Part shown: in pieces, positions 23,855 to 37,614 of the stretch
How the letters are laid out: each line of letters starts with the position of its first letter
Numbering within the stretch: the stretch's first letter is position 1
The notes under the pieces: generated by a model
What the model was told of the DNA's origin: nothing
Databases searched by the model: none
What the model saw: only the letters and a program-made list of their open reading frames with translations
Source of the DNA: Octopus sinensis
Taxonomy: Eukaryota
Reading direction: 5' to 3'
Length of the DNA stretch: 64,000 nt
NCBI RefSeq assembly: GCF_006345805.1
Contig: NC_042998.1
Span: 2,418,001-2,482,000 of the forward strand
Program-made: the position numbers and the translations under genes

Positions 23855-23889
<35 letters not shown>

Positions 23890-23890
23890 A

Positions 23891-23929
<39 letters not shown>

Positions 23930-23930
23930 A

Positions 23931-23971
<41 letters not shown>

Positions 23972-23972
23972 A

Positions 23973-24005
<33 letters not shown>

Positions 24006-24006
24006 A

Positions 24007-24039
<33 letters not shown>

Positions 24040-24040
24040 A

Positions 24041-24071
<31 letters not shown>

Positions 24072-24102
24072 AATATATATATATATATGTGTGTGTGTGT
24101 GA

Positions 24103-24135
<33 letters not shown>

Positions 24136-24166
24136 AATATATATATATATATGTGTGTGTGTGTGA

Positions 24167-24197
<31 letters not shown>

Positions 24198-24198
24198 A

Positions 24199-24229
<31 letters not shown>

Positions 24230-24252
24230 AATATATATATGTGTGTGTGTGA

Positions 24253-24285
<33 letters not shown>

Positions 24286-24376
24286 AATATATATATGTGT
24301 GTGTGTGAATATATATATATATATGTGTGTGTGTGTGTATGATATATGTGTATGTGTGAATATATATATATATATG
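23713..24376. repeat. Higher-order minisatellite of ~20 units [(TG)m-AA-(TA)n]
   Basis: 20 GAATAT junctions counted; tract lengths vary between units. Confidence 0.95.
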
Positions 24377-24989
24377 TATTTGTTTTCAAATGTAGAAAGA
24401 GCATTTTTCTCTATTAAAATGTAATTATACTTCTTCCTCCTCAGTGATTTTTATTGTTCAAACGGAAAATATTGGTGGAGATGTCTTGAAATTCTCTTCC
24501 TATTTATAGTTACCATCTCTCAGTGGTTTATTAACACAGAAGTTCTTCTGTTAAGTTCACCACCACCTCCGTCATCTGCAAATGTGTAGACTCACTCATT
24601 AGCAACACTTCAGAATTACTGAGCACATTGGGAGAACCACTGTGCAGCTTCTTTGTCTGCTAGAAATAATGACCAAATCTCTCTACCATCTCTACTATGT
24701 TAAAAATAAATGGAACATATTGAATAATCATCATCGTTTTAAGCTCATCTTTTCTATGCTTACATGAGTTTAATGGAATTCTTTGAGGGGTTTTCTACAG
24801 CTGAATGCCCTTCTTGTCACCTGGGGCTAAACAGCCTAACTTTGCATCTGATCCAAACAAATACAAAACCCACATGTACTTACCAAAATAGCAACAATAA
24901 GTTTCAAATTCTACTACACTATGTTGGTAACCACTTCTAGAGAATTCCAGGCAGTTTCTCATTTATTAAATCTATGCTATGGTCACCGT

Positions 24990-25152
24990 AAATCTGTGAT
25001 TGTATGATAACAGACTGGAGAACGATATAGATGTGGGGAACCTCTATAGTGTCCCCCGACTGGAAAGTTTTAATTTAGATCAATTTAAAACAGGAAGTTT
25101 GTAGCCATAGAACCAAGAGCAGTCTCAGGTGGGTTGGCATCAAAAGGGTTAA
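24990..25152. mobile_element. TTAA MITE family C fragment
   Basis: Ends ...GGTGGGTTGGCATCAAAAGGGTTAA; a similar fragment lies at ~31390-31466. Confidence 0.55.
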
Positions 25153-27619
25153 TGGTTTCTAGCACTAAATATGTTAATACTAACTTAGCCAAATGCTAAT
25201 CTAGCTTTTCATTGATATATTTTTTAGCTGAAGCTTGATCTTTTCTTCCTTCTTCTCAACAGTGATATGAATTTCGAGGACATGTTTTTGTTGATTGCAT
25301 ATTAATCATCTGTTGCAGTTCTTTCTATATTGATTATTGGTTTCAATAATGATTATTCAGATTCTGTTGTGTCTGGGGAGAGTCATTTTCTTTTTGTGCC
25401 TTATAATGTAACACTCACCGGTAAAATTTTCACTTATTTCTGATTTTTATTTTTCCTAAAATTTTCTTAAAATTATTATTCAGATGTTTGATCAAATGAA
25501 ATGCCTGTTTAGTGAATTAATGTGTAAATGTCTGAATATTCCACAGACATCTGCACCCTTAGTGTAAATTCTCAAGCAGAATCAGCGTGCCACAATAGAT
25601 TGGACCTTTTAACACTTTTGTTACCATATTTCTGTTGAAATAAACTGTTTTTTTTCAATAAATTTTGTATCATAAGACTAAGAATGGTTTCAGACAAGTT
25701 GGTATCAAAATGGCTAAATTTCAGGTACAATCCATTTGACAGGCTACTACATAGTTTCTGTCTACTCACTTTGGTTTTTGAGGCTTTGGTAAAAGCTTGT
25801 CCTAGGTGCCTTGCAGTGGGATTGACCCATAGACTTGATGATAATAAAGTGAACTTCTTAACCATTCAGCCAAGCTGTGTCTATATTTCTTCTGGGATCA
25901 ACAGAATGAGTACCTGTAATTCATTAGAAAGGGTTGGTATTTAGTTTATTAGTAGTACTTGATCCCTATGTCTAAGATGTAACAAAGGTGCCTGAGGTCA
26001 TCTCCAATAATGTGTCAGCCATTTCAGTCAAAGAATAAGTCTTTCAGAGAATGTTCTGCCTAGCTTTCTACCAATTTAGTTGAATGTAATTTCTGTTTTG
26101 ATTATTGTTGCCCTTGTCAGCATGCCAACTAAATTAGACTTTTGGCATGCTAAATTTCAATGTTGTTTATAGACAATTTTAAATGTTTGACACTGGTTGT
26201 TATTATTATAGTGAATACAAGCTTTTTTCTGTTATAATTTTCTCTTGCACTTGAGATTCTTTCTGTTTCTCTCTCATTAGCTTTGTCTCTCTCTCTCTCA
26301 ATTGCAAGTCATAAATATTTTCTCTCTTTTCAAAATGTGTTGAGTCATCTCCGTTTATATGGTGCTTATTCAGAATATCAGTTCCCTCCCAAATTAGAAT
26401 TATGAATTAAAAAATTAGGTGTCTGTAGTAAGTCACTGGAAATAATTGCATATGCTAGTATTTTAGCTGCACTAGAAAAATACAAAATCCAACCCGCATG
26501 GTTACTATATTGGGAAGTTAGTCTGAACTAAAATTCAGATTTTGAAAGCATAAGCAAGGAATTGGTTTGATCTTTCTTATCAACAATGCAAATATATATC
26601 ACGTAGGCACGGCTGTGTGGCAAGAAGCTTACTTCTCAGTTGTATGGTTCTGAGTTCTGTCCCACTGAGTGACACTATTTGGATAGCTGGTCCCTCAGTT
26701 GGGTCAACATTTGGCAAACTCTTTCTCCCGTTCATTCTCTTGATTTAGCAACCTTTCATAGTGGCTTCTCCAAGTCTCTTTCTTTGCAGCATCATTAAAT
26801 GCAAGTGAGCCATCATCCATGCAAACACATTTCTCTTCCATCATCATCATCATCGTTTAACGTCTGCTTTCCATGCTGGCATGGGTTGGACGATTTGACC
26901 GAGGGCTGGCAAACCAGATGGCTGCACCAGGCTTCAATCGTGATCTGGCAGAGTTTCTACAGCTGGATGCCATTTCCTAATGCTATGACATCACCATTTT
27001 CTCTCACATATTGTCTTGCAATTCACTGCCTACTAAATACTACTCCAAGATATCAATTAATTTGAGGTTATAGCAGAAGGCACTCCCCAAAAGTGCTGCA
27101 CAGTCAAATTGAACCTAGAACCATGTGGTTGTGAAGCAAATTTCTTAGCTCCCACAGCCATGCCTGTACTTGTACAGATGTTACTTTTGTAAATGTTTTA
27201 AAAAGCCTATCTAAGTTTTAACTCACGAGATGGTTTATTATATTGACTTATCAGATAAACTGCTTTGCATGTATCAATACAAAGGTTATACATAAGATTA
27301 CTGAGATCACAAGTGCAGTTTGAGTAGGAGCAACGCTTGTGAAATGAAGACTATGAACTACTTAGCTGGCTTGCTATGTCGTTGGTGTCTTTTGTTATCC
27401 ATGTGACTCTAATTAGCTGCAGTGGTAGAGTAAGAAAGGGGTGGAGTGAGTTGTTGCTTTAGTTCGCAACAAATGATTTCTCAGTCTTTCTATAAGGTGG
27501 GTCATGTGCATCGTGTACAAGATGCATGGAGCTGCACAGTAATGAGTGAAGCCAGGGTTTTAAATGTGGAAGCTTTGTGGAAGCTGTAGAGCTACGAGTT
27601 AATATCAGTTTATTGAATA

Positions 27620-27830
27620 AGGTGGGGAGCTGGCAGAATTGTTAATACACCAAATGCTTAGTGGTATTTCGTCTGGTCTTACGTTCCGTGTTCAAATTCC
27701 ACTGAAGTTGACTTTGCCTTTCATGCTTTGGGAGTTGATAAAATAAGTACCAGTCGAACACTGGGGTTGATGTAACAGACTTAGCCCCTTTCCTGAAATT
27801 GCTGGCATTGTGCCAAAATTTGAAATCAAT
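27620..27830 (+). mobile_element. Meta-domain-like SINE variant
   Basis: GGGGAGCTGGCAGAATTGTTA...GTTCAAATTCC...GTTGACTTTGCCTTTCAT...AAATAAGTACCAGT. Confidence 0.75.
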
Positions 27831-28199
27831 ATTGATTTATTGAATATACATAACTAATTTGCATAAAACTGCAGAACACAAGTGAAGTGATAGAACAGCT
27901 GAGCTTTTGAAAGCATCAGCTGGTCTGAGGAGGTGAGATGAATTTGCTGGCTTTGGACAGGTAATGTGAATAGCTATGGAGTATTTAGTGAAAAATTTCC
28001 ATGTCCTATTTTTGGATATACCTCAGGTTATGTGTGTGTATGCAGACATATTTCCCTGTTTGCATTTATGTGTTTGACACAACACTTACTGATTGGTGAC
28101 AATCGTTCAATAATCATTGTTCAATATGTGGTTCCAAGACAAGCATCTTAACTCAAAAACTGACGTAGCATGAAAAACAATTTTAAAAAGTTTATTAGC

Positions 28200-28436
28200 T
28201 TAGCACCATCTGCATGTGGCCGATGCCAGCGCTGCCTTGACTGGCGCCTGTGCCTGTGGCGCGTAAAAAGCACCCACTACACTCATGGAGTGGTTGGTGT
28301 TAGGAAGGCCATCCAGCTGTAGAAACACTGCCAGATCAGACTGGAGCCTGGTGCAGCCTCCTGGCTTCCCAGACCCCGGTTGAACCATCCAACCTCTGCC
28401 AGCATGGAAAACGGACGTTAAACGATGATGATGATG
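28200..28436 (+). mobile_element. RTE-derived bipartite element
   Basis: Family body with (GAT)n tail. Confidence 0.8.
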
Positions 28437-31400
28437 TTTATATCAGTATTGGTTTTTCAGTGATTTTTTTAAGATTCAACTTGAAATGATCAAATTTGGG
28501 GTATTCTTGTATTGACTTTTTTTTCACTTTTTACTAGTTTCGGTCATTGGACTGTGGCCATACTGGGACACTGCCTTTTAGGGTTTAGTCGAACAAACTG
28601 ACACGAGTACTTATTTTTCAATCTGGCACTTTGCTGAAAGTTACGAAGATGTAAACAAACCGACACTGGCTATAAGTGGTAGTTGGGGGCAATGACACAT
28701 GCAGATGTATCACACACACACAATGGATTTCATTCAGTCTTTGTTAACCAAATCCATTCTCAAGGCTTTGATTAACTTCCAGGGCTATAGTAGAAGGTAT
28801 TCACCCAAGCTGTCACACAATGCAAAAAAAAAAGAAAAAGAAAAACCCGAAAAGCATAAGAAGAAGTGTTGGGGTCAGATCCCCAAGATGCTGGGTCTTG
28901 ACAATGAGATAACAAAATGTTGTGACAGTTGTTGAGATTCTCTTTAGCAGACTTGTGCCAACATGGAAAATACATATTGTATGTCATTGATGATAGCAGA
29001 CAGGATACAGTTTCCCTTTACACACTGAATTGAGCAAATTATTTTCATTACTTTTATCTATCATATATTATTAAATCTAGCTTTAATAAGTCTTCTCTTA
29101 TTTTCTCCAGGGACTTCTAAAATAGGCCGCTGGGTACATCGCATTTCCTGCATATCAGCGCCATGCTAAACGAATTTTATCATTTTAGGCTTAACCTGAT
29201 TCTCCTCATTATTGATGATTATATATCATTGAGTTAATTAACTGTGCTTCATTAACTTATTCTAAATGTTCTGCACTTTTGTGACTCATTCATAAACTAT
29301 AGTCATTTTCTTTAGTGTTATTCCATTATTTTTGTGCCATATCTTTTAACGTCTTCTATTTGCTGTAAAACATTCGCTAATCCTTATCGAAAATCCCAAT
29401 ACTTCATCTTCAGCATTTGTTGTATAACCTAAATGCAAATGAAAACTGACCATGATATCTTATTTATTCCCTCTTTTCCATAAAATAATAAAATAGAAAA
29501 TAGAAACATCATCAATATCATCGTCATACTATCCACCCCTCTGTGCTTGTATGGGTTAGATGTAATTGGTTGAGACAGGTTTTCTATAGCTGGATGCCCT
29601 CTCTGTTACCAATCCTCACCTGTTTCCAAATGAAGTAATTAATATTTCCAATGATCGGACATGTTTTCACAGAAGATTGGAAATAGAGGACACAACTTGT
29701 ATGGTGGTGATGCTTGTTTACAACTGTCACATGGTGTCAAGGCAAGGAAACAGTAATACTCACATGCATATAAATATGTGTACATATGAGATAGGCTTCT
29801 TTCAGTTTCTGTCTACCAAATCACACCTGAAACTTTGGTTGGCTTGGGGTTAAAATAGAAGACACTTGCCCAAGGTACCATGCAGTGGGAGTGGAACTGG
29901 AACCGTGTGGTTGGGAATAATTTACTTCTAATTTTTAGTTCACCTGATTTTAATTTATGTGTGAGCTCTGTAGCTTACGAACTTTGCATCCTTTTCTTAA
30001 TTACTTCTCTTCATAAAATTATATCTGGCACATGCAAGTCTGGTGGAAGTCAATAAGCTGGGTAGAGGGATGATCAGCATCAGCTTGAATTGGCGTTGTT
30101 GCACTACCAAAAAAACAACAAAAAGAAGCAGTCTTCACTGGCGAGAAAGAGATCAAACGATGTTTGCATTGGTGTGAATTGATTGAAAACAAACTTTTGA
30201 TTTATATTGAATCTTGAATTTTTGTGTGATATGAGGAAATTTAGCCGTAATCACCCAGACACATTATCTAGTCTCTAAGATGATTCTGTTTCATTGTTTG
30301 CTCTGTTAAGTTTAATATACAAGCTAAGTTCCAGTTGTTTAGTAGACATTCCAATTGTGACCATCTGTCGTCTTGATTTCATGAATTATTTTCTACCTGC
30401 ATGCAGGTATGACATATGCAGGTATGGCATATGCAGGTATGGCATATGCTTAAGATGCTTCTTTTGCAATCACATGATTACAGTTTTGATTCCTTGCCAC
30501 GGCACCTTGGAAAAGTGTCTTCTGTCATTGCCTTGGATTTACTCAATCCATTGTGAGTGAAATTGAGTAAATGGAAACTACAGAAATGCTTGTCATATCA
30601 CTTGTTCCTAATGTCATGGTTTTTTTTCTGTTCCGTTCCACCAATCTCCAAGGCCTTACACAGGGCATGGGTGCTGCCCTTCCTCTTCTGATTAACCCTA
30701 CCCAACATTGATGTGTTCTTCCTTTTTTAAAATTGCAAGATGTAATTTGAGTGAGATTTGGCAGGTATCTTAGATATTGCTACTCTGTAGAGGTCACCTG
30801 TTGACTAGTTAAGTTTAAGTTTGAATGAAAAAGTACTTAAAATTTTCTCTTGTATTTCTTACAAAAAAAAAAAAAAAATTACATTTGAATATTTGTTTTT
30901 AGTCTTATTTGCAGGAACATCATTAATTGTTTTAAATAATATGAAGTATTAGTTTTACATTTTAGATATAATACATAATTGAAACTGTTGACAGCCATAA
31001 ATGGTGACTGAGTTGCTGTTGTTTAGCGCAGGTCACTCCTGATCAAGTTAGACTTAGGATCAAATACATTTTTACCATGGCTGTCTTACATTATCTACTG
31101 TGTCCTTCCTTTTTTAAGCTTGTAGGGTGTTGCTAGTAAGAGGTTTGACTACTATTCTTCATTGGTCTGAGATTGTGGAGATGTTGATTTTATCTCGTTT
31201 AATGGCACACTAGTTCTGTGTTTAAATGGCACTTGCTCAACCCCTTTTGTTGCTATATTTCTGCTGGAATACACAGCCTTTATTTCAATTAATTTTGAGA
31301 ATAATGCAGAATTTCTTAAAATATCCTTACCATAATTAAGCATAATTTACAACATAAGTTAACAGGAATTGTGATGCAAGATTTTAATGTAGACCACTTT

Positions 31401-31554
31401 AAAACAGGATCTTTGTATCATAGAACCAAAGGTAGTTTCAGGTGGGTTGGTATAAAAAGGGTTAACTTATTGGCTTCATCCATCTGGAGTTCATAAAATA
31501 GCTACTATGAGATTAAAAAAAATAATGACCTTATTTGACACCTTGCTGTACTCA

Positions 31555-31918
31555 TGGAAACCCATGTGCCATAACAGAATTGATACTGGTGCTGAATCCA
31601 CATAAAAAGTGCAGGTGCCACTTTAAAAGCCCTAGTTGTGGTGTCACATAAAATGTACTGGAGCTGGTGTCACATAAAAGGTGCTGTGCCACTTTAAAAG
31701 CCATAGTTGTGGTGTCACATAAAACGAAACCCTCATGCTGGTGTCGCATAAAAGACATCCATTACATTCTAGAGTGGTTGGCATTAGGAGAGACATCCAG
31801 CTATAGAAACTATGCCAGAACAATGGAACCTGGAGTGGCCCCTGGCCTTATCATCTCTGGTCAAACCGTCCAACCCATGTCAGCATGGAAAATGGATGTT
31901 TGATGATGATGATGATGA
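31555..31918 (+). mobile_element. Diverged RTE-derived element with expanded 5' module array
   Basis: Several TGGTGTCACATAAAA modules, including a near-exact ~45-bp internal duplication, then body and (GAT)n. Confidence 0.7.
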
Positions 31919-32384
31919 CTTAATATGTAATAAGTGATGACTAACAGTAAATCATTTCACACACCCGTACTTAATACTTTCATAATTTGATACAAAGTAT
32001 GATAGAATTTATTTAAAGAACCTAATATTCTATGAGAGAGAGAGAGAGAGAGTTGTAGAAATATATGTGGAAAAGCAAATTTTGATTATCCGTATAGGGT
32101 TTTAGAAGTTAATCTTTGCTTAAGAGTATGCTTTGATGTGATCTCATCGGGCTAAGCTCTGGTGAATCGTAACTGACAGGACCAGTGTTAAGTGGTTAGC
32201 TTGATTCAAAGCCGATCATTTGTCCTGCTGGTAGTGGTCAGCCATGGTTTAGGTGAGTCACATATCTCATCAGGAGCAATTGTGTACCTAATTAAACACA
32301 CAGAATAGTCATCATAATTATTATTTCATTACATCTAGTAGCAGCTGTTGTTATGCTAAAATAACATTGGTGGTAGTAGTCAAT

Positions 32385-32403
32385 TACTGGTAGTGGTGGT
32401 AGT

Positions 32404-32443
<40 letters not shown>

Positions 32444-32472
32444 GCAGCAGTGGTGGTGGTGGTGGTGGTAGT
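32385..32472. repeat. Compound trinucleotide repeat (GGT/AGT/AGC/AAC)n
   Basis: Read directly from sequence. Confidence 0.92.
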
Positions 32473-32715
32473 GGGACCTGTCTCACTTTTCTTTTCAACT
32501 TATATGCTATCTTTCTCTAATCTGTCTGTCAGTATCTTTCCAAATCGTCTCATATTTCAACTCACGAGGTTCTTTTCCATTTATCTTTTTTTAAATTTTT
32601 TTTTATTTCTCAGTGTGCCCCCTTTTATTTTATCTCTACAGATTTCATGATGCATATAAAATTTCTTGTTCTTCAAGTAACTTCCCAATCTCCATAGATG
32701 CATAGACACTATAAT

Positions 32716-32767
<52 letters not shown>

Positions 32768-33735
32768 TGGCTCTATTTACTCTTCCTAAACAAGCTGGCA
32801 CTTTTAACCACAACATTCTTGATAAAAGTGCATTTCTGTGGACATAAACACTGTCACGCTTAAATCCTATAATGCCTACTGCTTATGTATTTTATAGCTT
32901 TTATTTCTTTCAGTCACTGGACTGCTGCCATGCTGGGGCACCACCTTGGAAGGTTTTAGTGAAACAGATTTCCCCCAGTACTTAATTTTAAGTTTGCTAC
33001 TTAATCTGTCAGTCCCTTATTTCTCTTTTGCCAAACTGCTAAGTTACAGAGACATAAACAAACCACCACCGGTTGTCCAGTGGTGGTGTGGCAAAAACAC
33101 ACGCATATATAGACATACATATTCACGTACATACATATATTATGTGTGTATAATAGGTTTCCACACAGTTTCCACCTATCAAATTCACTCCCAAAGTATT
33201 GGTCAACTGAGGGCAAGGTGCTGTGCAGTGTCCATGAGTGTTGTGGAATAGACTAAAATCAAAGCAAAAAAAAAAAAATGTATGTGTGTACATATTTATG
33301 TATACATGCATACCTGCATTCCCGTCTGTCTGTCAGGATATATAGTGCATTGGCTGCCAAATTGGTAGCATCATTAGAGTTTTGTATAGAATGCTTCGAG
33401 GTGTATGTTCCGGGTCTCTTTGTGCTCTCATTTCAAATACTGACCCCAGTCAATTTTCGTGCATTGAAGATGGTGCTTTGTTGTATCGCATTCATCTCTG
33501 TGTGATCTGAGTTTATACCACATCTTGTTACCTGAAAAATGAGTCCTTTAGAACCTGGCAAAAATAATGCAATGTGATACACCAAACTCCTGTTGTCATG
33601 GTTGAGATTTTTGGAGGTCCATCATCTGGAGAATTGCTGTATTCGTATTCACTATAGCTAGGTAACCATTGACCACTTGGTTTTCTGTCCTTTTAGAAGG
33701 TCTGGCTTTTCAGGTCACTCTTCATGGCAGTTCAC

Positions 33736-34105
33736 ATCATCATCATCATCATCATCGTTTAACGTCCGTTTTCCATGCTAGCATGGGTTGGACGGTTTGA
33801 CCGGGGATCTGGGAAGCCAGAAGGCTGCACCAGGCTCCAGTCTGATCTGGCAGTGTTTCTACAGCTGGATGCCCTTCCTAACGCCAACCACTCCATGAGT
33901 GTAGTGGGTGCTTTTTACGTGCCACCTGCACAGGTGCCAGGAGGGTCTGGCATCGGCCACGGACGGATGGAGCTTTTAATGTGCCACCGGCACAGAAGCC
34001 AGCCAAGGCGGCGCTGGCAACGGCCATGTTCGGATGGTGATATTTTTTATGTGCCACTGGCACAGGTATCACAACTACTATTTCCATTGATATTTATTTC
34101 GATGT
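33736..34105 (-). mobile_element. RTE-derived bipartite element with ~3 5' modules
   Basis: (CAT)n tail on the left; reverse-complement body. Confidence 0.82.
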
Positions 34106-34982
34106 TCATGTTCATGTACTTGACTCAAGTTCACAGTTGTCAGAAAATAAAAGGACACCTCAAATCCTGTGCTCACAATGAACAATGTGTGTGTGCTTCT
34201 GGGATCTTGTACATCCTATTACATTATCAGGTCATGAGTGAAGAGGGTTGTTTGAAATTCTGTAGGACTGAAACAAGACTCATCAAAAGCATGAATGGAA
34301 TCAACATAGGATCAATGGCTCTCTTGCAATAATAGTGTGCGGAGATATAGAAACACTTGAGATGGTGAATTGGAGATGGGACTGTTTAAACATTTCAACC
34401 ATATCAGCAGGAATTTGTTGCACTTATGTTACAGTTATGTATGTTATTTTATGGCTGTGGTTGAGAAGCTTGCTTCTCAAGACGTGGTCTTAGGAAAATG
34501 TCTTCTGCTATAGCTCTGGCCCAGTGAAAACCTTGTCTGTTGATTTGGTAGGCAGAAACTGAAAGAAGCCCTTTGTATTTTCGTATGTGTGTGTGGCTGC
34601 ATGTGTGTATGCATATGTCCTTGTCCAGACATCCCATCACAATTATAAGTGAGTGTCATTGTCAGCAAGTTGAGATTTTTCACTTCCAGTCTTCTGTAAA
34701 AAAGATTTTTGGCCATGGTAAGGTATTTCTTTGTTTGGAAACAAGTGGGAATTGGTAACAGGAAAGGTAAAAATTTGCTGTCTGAGCCATGCAAGCATGG
34801 GAAAGGGGGTGTTAAATGATGATGATTCACTTAGCTGTATGTTTGCTGTTATTAGGTAAACTTTGGCAAAGGCAACTTTACATATGCTGGACTGTGACAA
34901 TAAGGGAGATCTGTTAGGGGTTTACAACCTTCCCTTCTCTAGTATGTGTCTTTTATGTTTCTGGAATGTGGTACACTGTCTA

Positions 34983-35400
34983 TAATAATAATAATGCAAT
35001 TATTGTATACAGTGCTCAGGTGCACCACACCTTGTCAAAAGTGCATATAAAGCATATGCAGTAATGTACGAATGTCTGGAAAGTGAACAGTCTATGAGTC
35101 AGATACGTGCTTACGTGTTTATGGAGGGGAGAAAATCAGGTGTAGTGTTGGGGAATCTCAGGAAGCATGGAAGTTTTGAAGGATGCAGTGTTCCGACAAC
35201 TAACAACTGATGCCGGCAGTTTGTTCCATGCTTCAGCAACTCTTAGCGGGAAAAAATGTTTCCGAAAGTCATGGGAGCTGTGCTGTTTTCTGACTTTGTA
35301 AACATGTCCACGGGTGTTAGACGGGTGGAGTTTGGAAAGGTGCTTAGTATCAATGTATGTTATATAATTAGGAGCGAATGGAGGCAGACTCTACACAAAC
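34983..35400 (-). mobile_element. 3' end of a CR1-group LINE with (ATT)n tail
   Basis: Minus strand translates TRGHVYKVRKQHSSHDFRKHFFPLRVAEAWNKLPASVVSCRNTASFK, typical of CR1-type ORF2 C-termini. Confidence 0.82.
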
Positions 35401-37120
35401 TCCACTTAAAACAAATCTTTTGTGAAAGTTAATCTTTTCCTATACCTTTTTGTTACTGAGTGCTCATTTGTTGTTCTTGAGGGATGAATCTAATTACATG
35501 CGCAAATGCACACACACATGCATTTCAAATGTAACAGCTTGTAAAAGCTCATCTATAATGTATTCTGGAAGTAAATTAACCTCAACTCTTTCAGTCTCCC
35601 AATCTTATTACCACTCTCTTTCTATCTCTCTCTCTCTCTCTCTCTCTCTGTACCCCTCCCTCCCTTTTCTTACTCCTAGGGATTTTGCTTCTTGGGGCGT
35701 GTAGTACAGTTGTATTATAGTTGTAAACATTCTCAGATATTGGAGACTGTTGACAAATATTGGAGATTTGTCCTGTGCAACAAATAACCATTACTGCATC
35801 GGCTCAAAACAAAGAAATATATTGCTCTAGTTTCTGAAGTGACCAACTTGACAGATTACACGACACAAATACCTGGCATCAGTCAATGTTTTCTTCAGAT
35901 CTCATTGAGATCATGTTTTTCTTTTATTCCTAAGCCTGAAACCATTCTTGTCATGGTTCATGGTGACTGAGAAGAGGTCTTTGTTCATGAATGATCTTTT
36001 ACCTTACTCTGTGAAGTTTCTGCACAGAGAAATTAATCTCTTATATAGCAATATATATGGTTTTGAATAACTGCTTTGTAAAATTATGGAAGGAAAAAAA
36101 AGAAAAAAAAAAAACCCAACTAATTACGGATGTTCATTATTTTTATCATTGTATTTAAATGAAGTTTACAGAATATAAAGTTTTAAGAAGTAATACAGTC
36201 CTCGTGTAATATTTTTTTGTCAAAAAACTCATACTTAGAGGATGCTAACACTTCTCTCTGCTGGATAGACAGGTTTCCGTTTCTGAATAAAGTAGACATT
36301 GTTTCATACTTAGGTCTTGGTGTGGTCAGAAAAGTGCATCCTTTTTATGTTATTGTATTGGATATGTGTTTAAAATATATCAAAGAAATTAGTCAGCACT
36401 TACTGGGAAAAAACACACACACACAATTGTTTATATTTGTGTGTGTATATATAAAAATACACATCATCGTCATCATAATTCTTATATCCATCTTTCTATC
36501 TATGGTGGTATTGGACAAGTGTCTCACAACTTGTGGTTCTTTGTCCTTTATTTCATGAAGTTCAGCATCTTGAGATTAGCCTTCACCATTTCTTCCATAT
36601 CTTCCTTGATTTTCCTCTTCCACGGGTTCCTTCCACTTAGATCACTTAGTACTTCTTTACTTAATTGTCATTCTCCACAAGCATTACCTTTCTATACCAG
36701 AACTAGGTACCTTATACCTAGTTTTCCTGCAAGTTCATTTGTACTCTGTTGTTTATGTACACTAACATTACACATCCAGGCAACATATTTGCTTCATTTC
36801 TTTCCAGCCTTTATACTTTCTCCACATTGGCTTCTCATGTTTTGTTGCCATTTAACATAACATTGTATGATGCTTCTGGATGCTATCACATACACGAATA
36901 TCATACAATCTGGTCTTCATTTGAAGAGAAAATCCCTTTCTTACCACAGTTTTTACTCTGGTTACTATACTTTTGGAGCACCCTCCTCCACTGCTAATTA
37001 AGCTATCTAGATAATAGAAACTACTGTATTTTCTGTCATATAAGTTGACACAATATGTAGTGTAAGCATTCAAATATTGTCACTATCTTTCCAGATCGTG
37101 CTGCATTTCACTTGGTATAG

Positions 37121-37353
37121 GGTGGCGAGCTGGCAGCACCGTTAGCATGCCGGGCGAAATGTGTAGCTGTATTTCGTCTGCCGTTATGTTCTGAGTTCAA
37201 ATTCTGCCGAGGTTGACTTTGCCTTTCATCCTTTTGGGGTCGACAAATTAAGTACCAGTTACGCACTGGGGTCGATGTAATCGACTTAATCCGTTTGTCT
37301 GTCCTTGTTTGTCCCCTCTGTGTTTAGCCCCTTGCGGGTAGTAAAGAAATAGG
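37121..37353 (+). mobile_element. Full-length Meta-domain-like tRNA-derived SINE
   Basis: Head GGTGGCGAGCTGGCAG, B-box-like GAGTTCAAATTC, body GAGGTTGACTTTGCCTTTCATCCTTT...AAATTAAGTACCAG, A-rich end. Confidence 0.85.
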
Positions 37354-37614
37354 TAGTTTTGTTCTTCCATAGTCATCTTGGTGTATAAGTTGACCTTACT
37401 CTTTCGGATGTAAATTTTGGCATGAAAAATTCAACTTCTGTGCCAGAAACTATGGTATTGACTACTTCTCGGAAGATCTTTGGGTATTTAAAAGAATTTA
37501 ATTTACAATTTACAGAGGTGTACTTGCATGGCAGGTGTTGTTGATCTGAAATTGCTTGCAGCATAGAAAACATAAGTTAGCCATTCAGAAACACACAAAG
37601 GTAATTAACTTCAC

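Noticed and set aside
23703-24404. 233-aa His/Thr/Ile/Tyr-rich ORF and overlapping plus-strand ORFs
   Set aside because: Translation of the (TG)m-AA-(TA)n array; stop-free only because of repeat composition.
32292-32650. Poly-Leu/Pro and poly-Ala/Val ORFs
   Set aside because: Translations of the trinucleotide tract.
33300-33535. Apparent minus-strand exon with good acceptor and donor
   Set aside because: Stops in all three frames; resembles a dispersed octopus repeat.
33775-34332. 185-aa ORF (similar ORFs at 14499, 14780, 20753)
   Set aside because: Begins inside the antisense strand of the RTE-derived element and runs into flanking DNA; no coherent domain.
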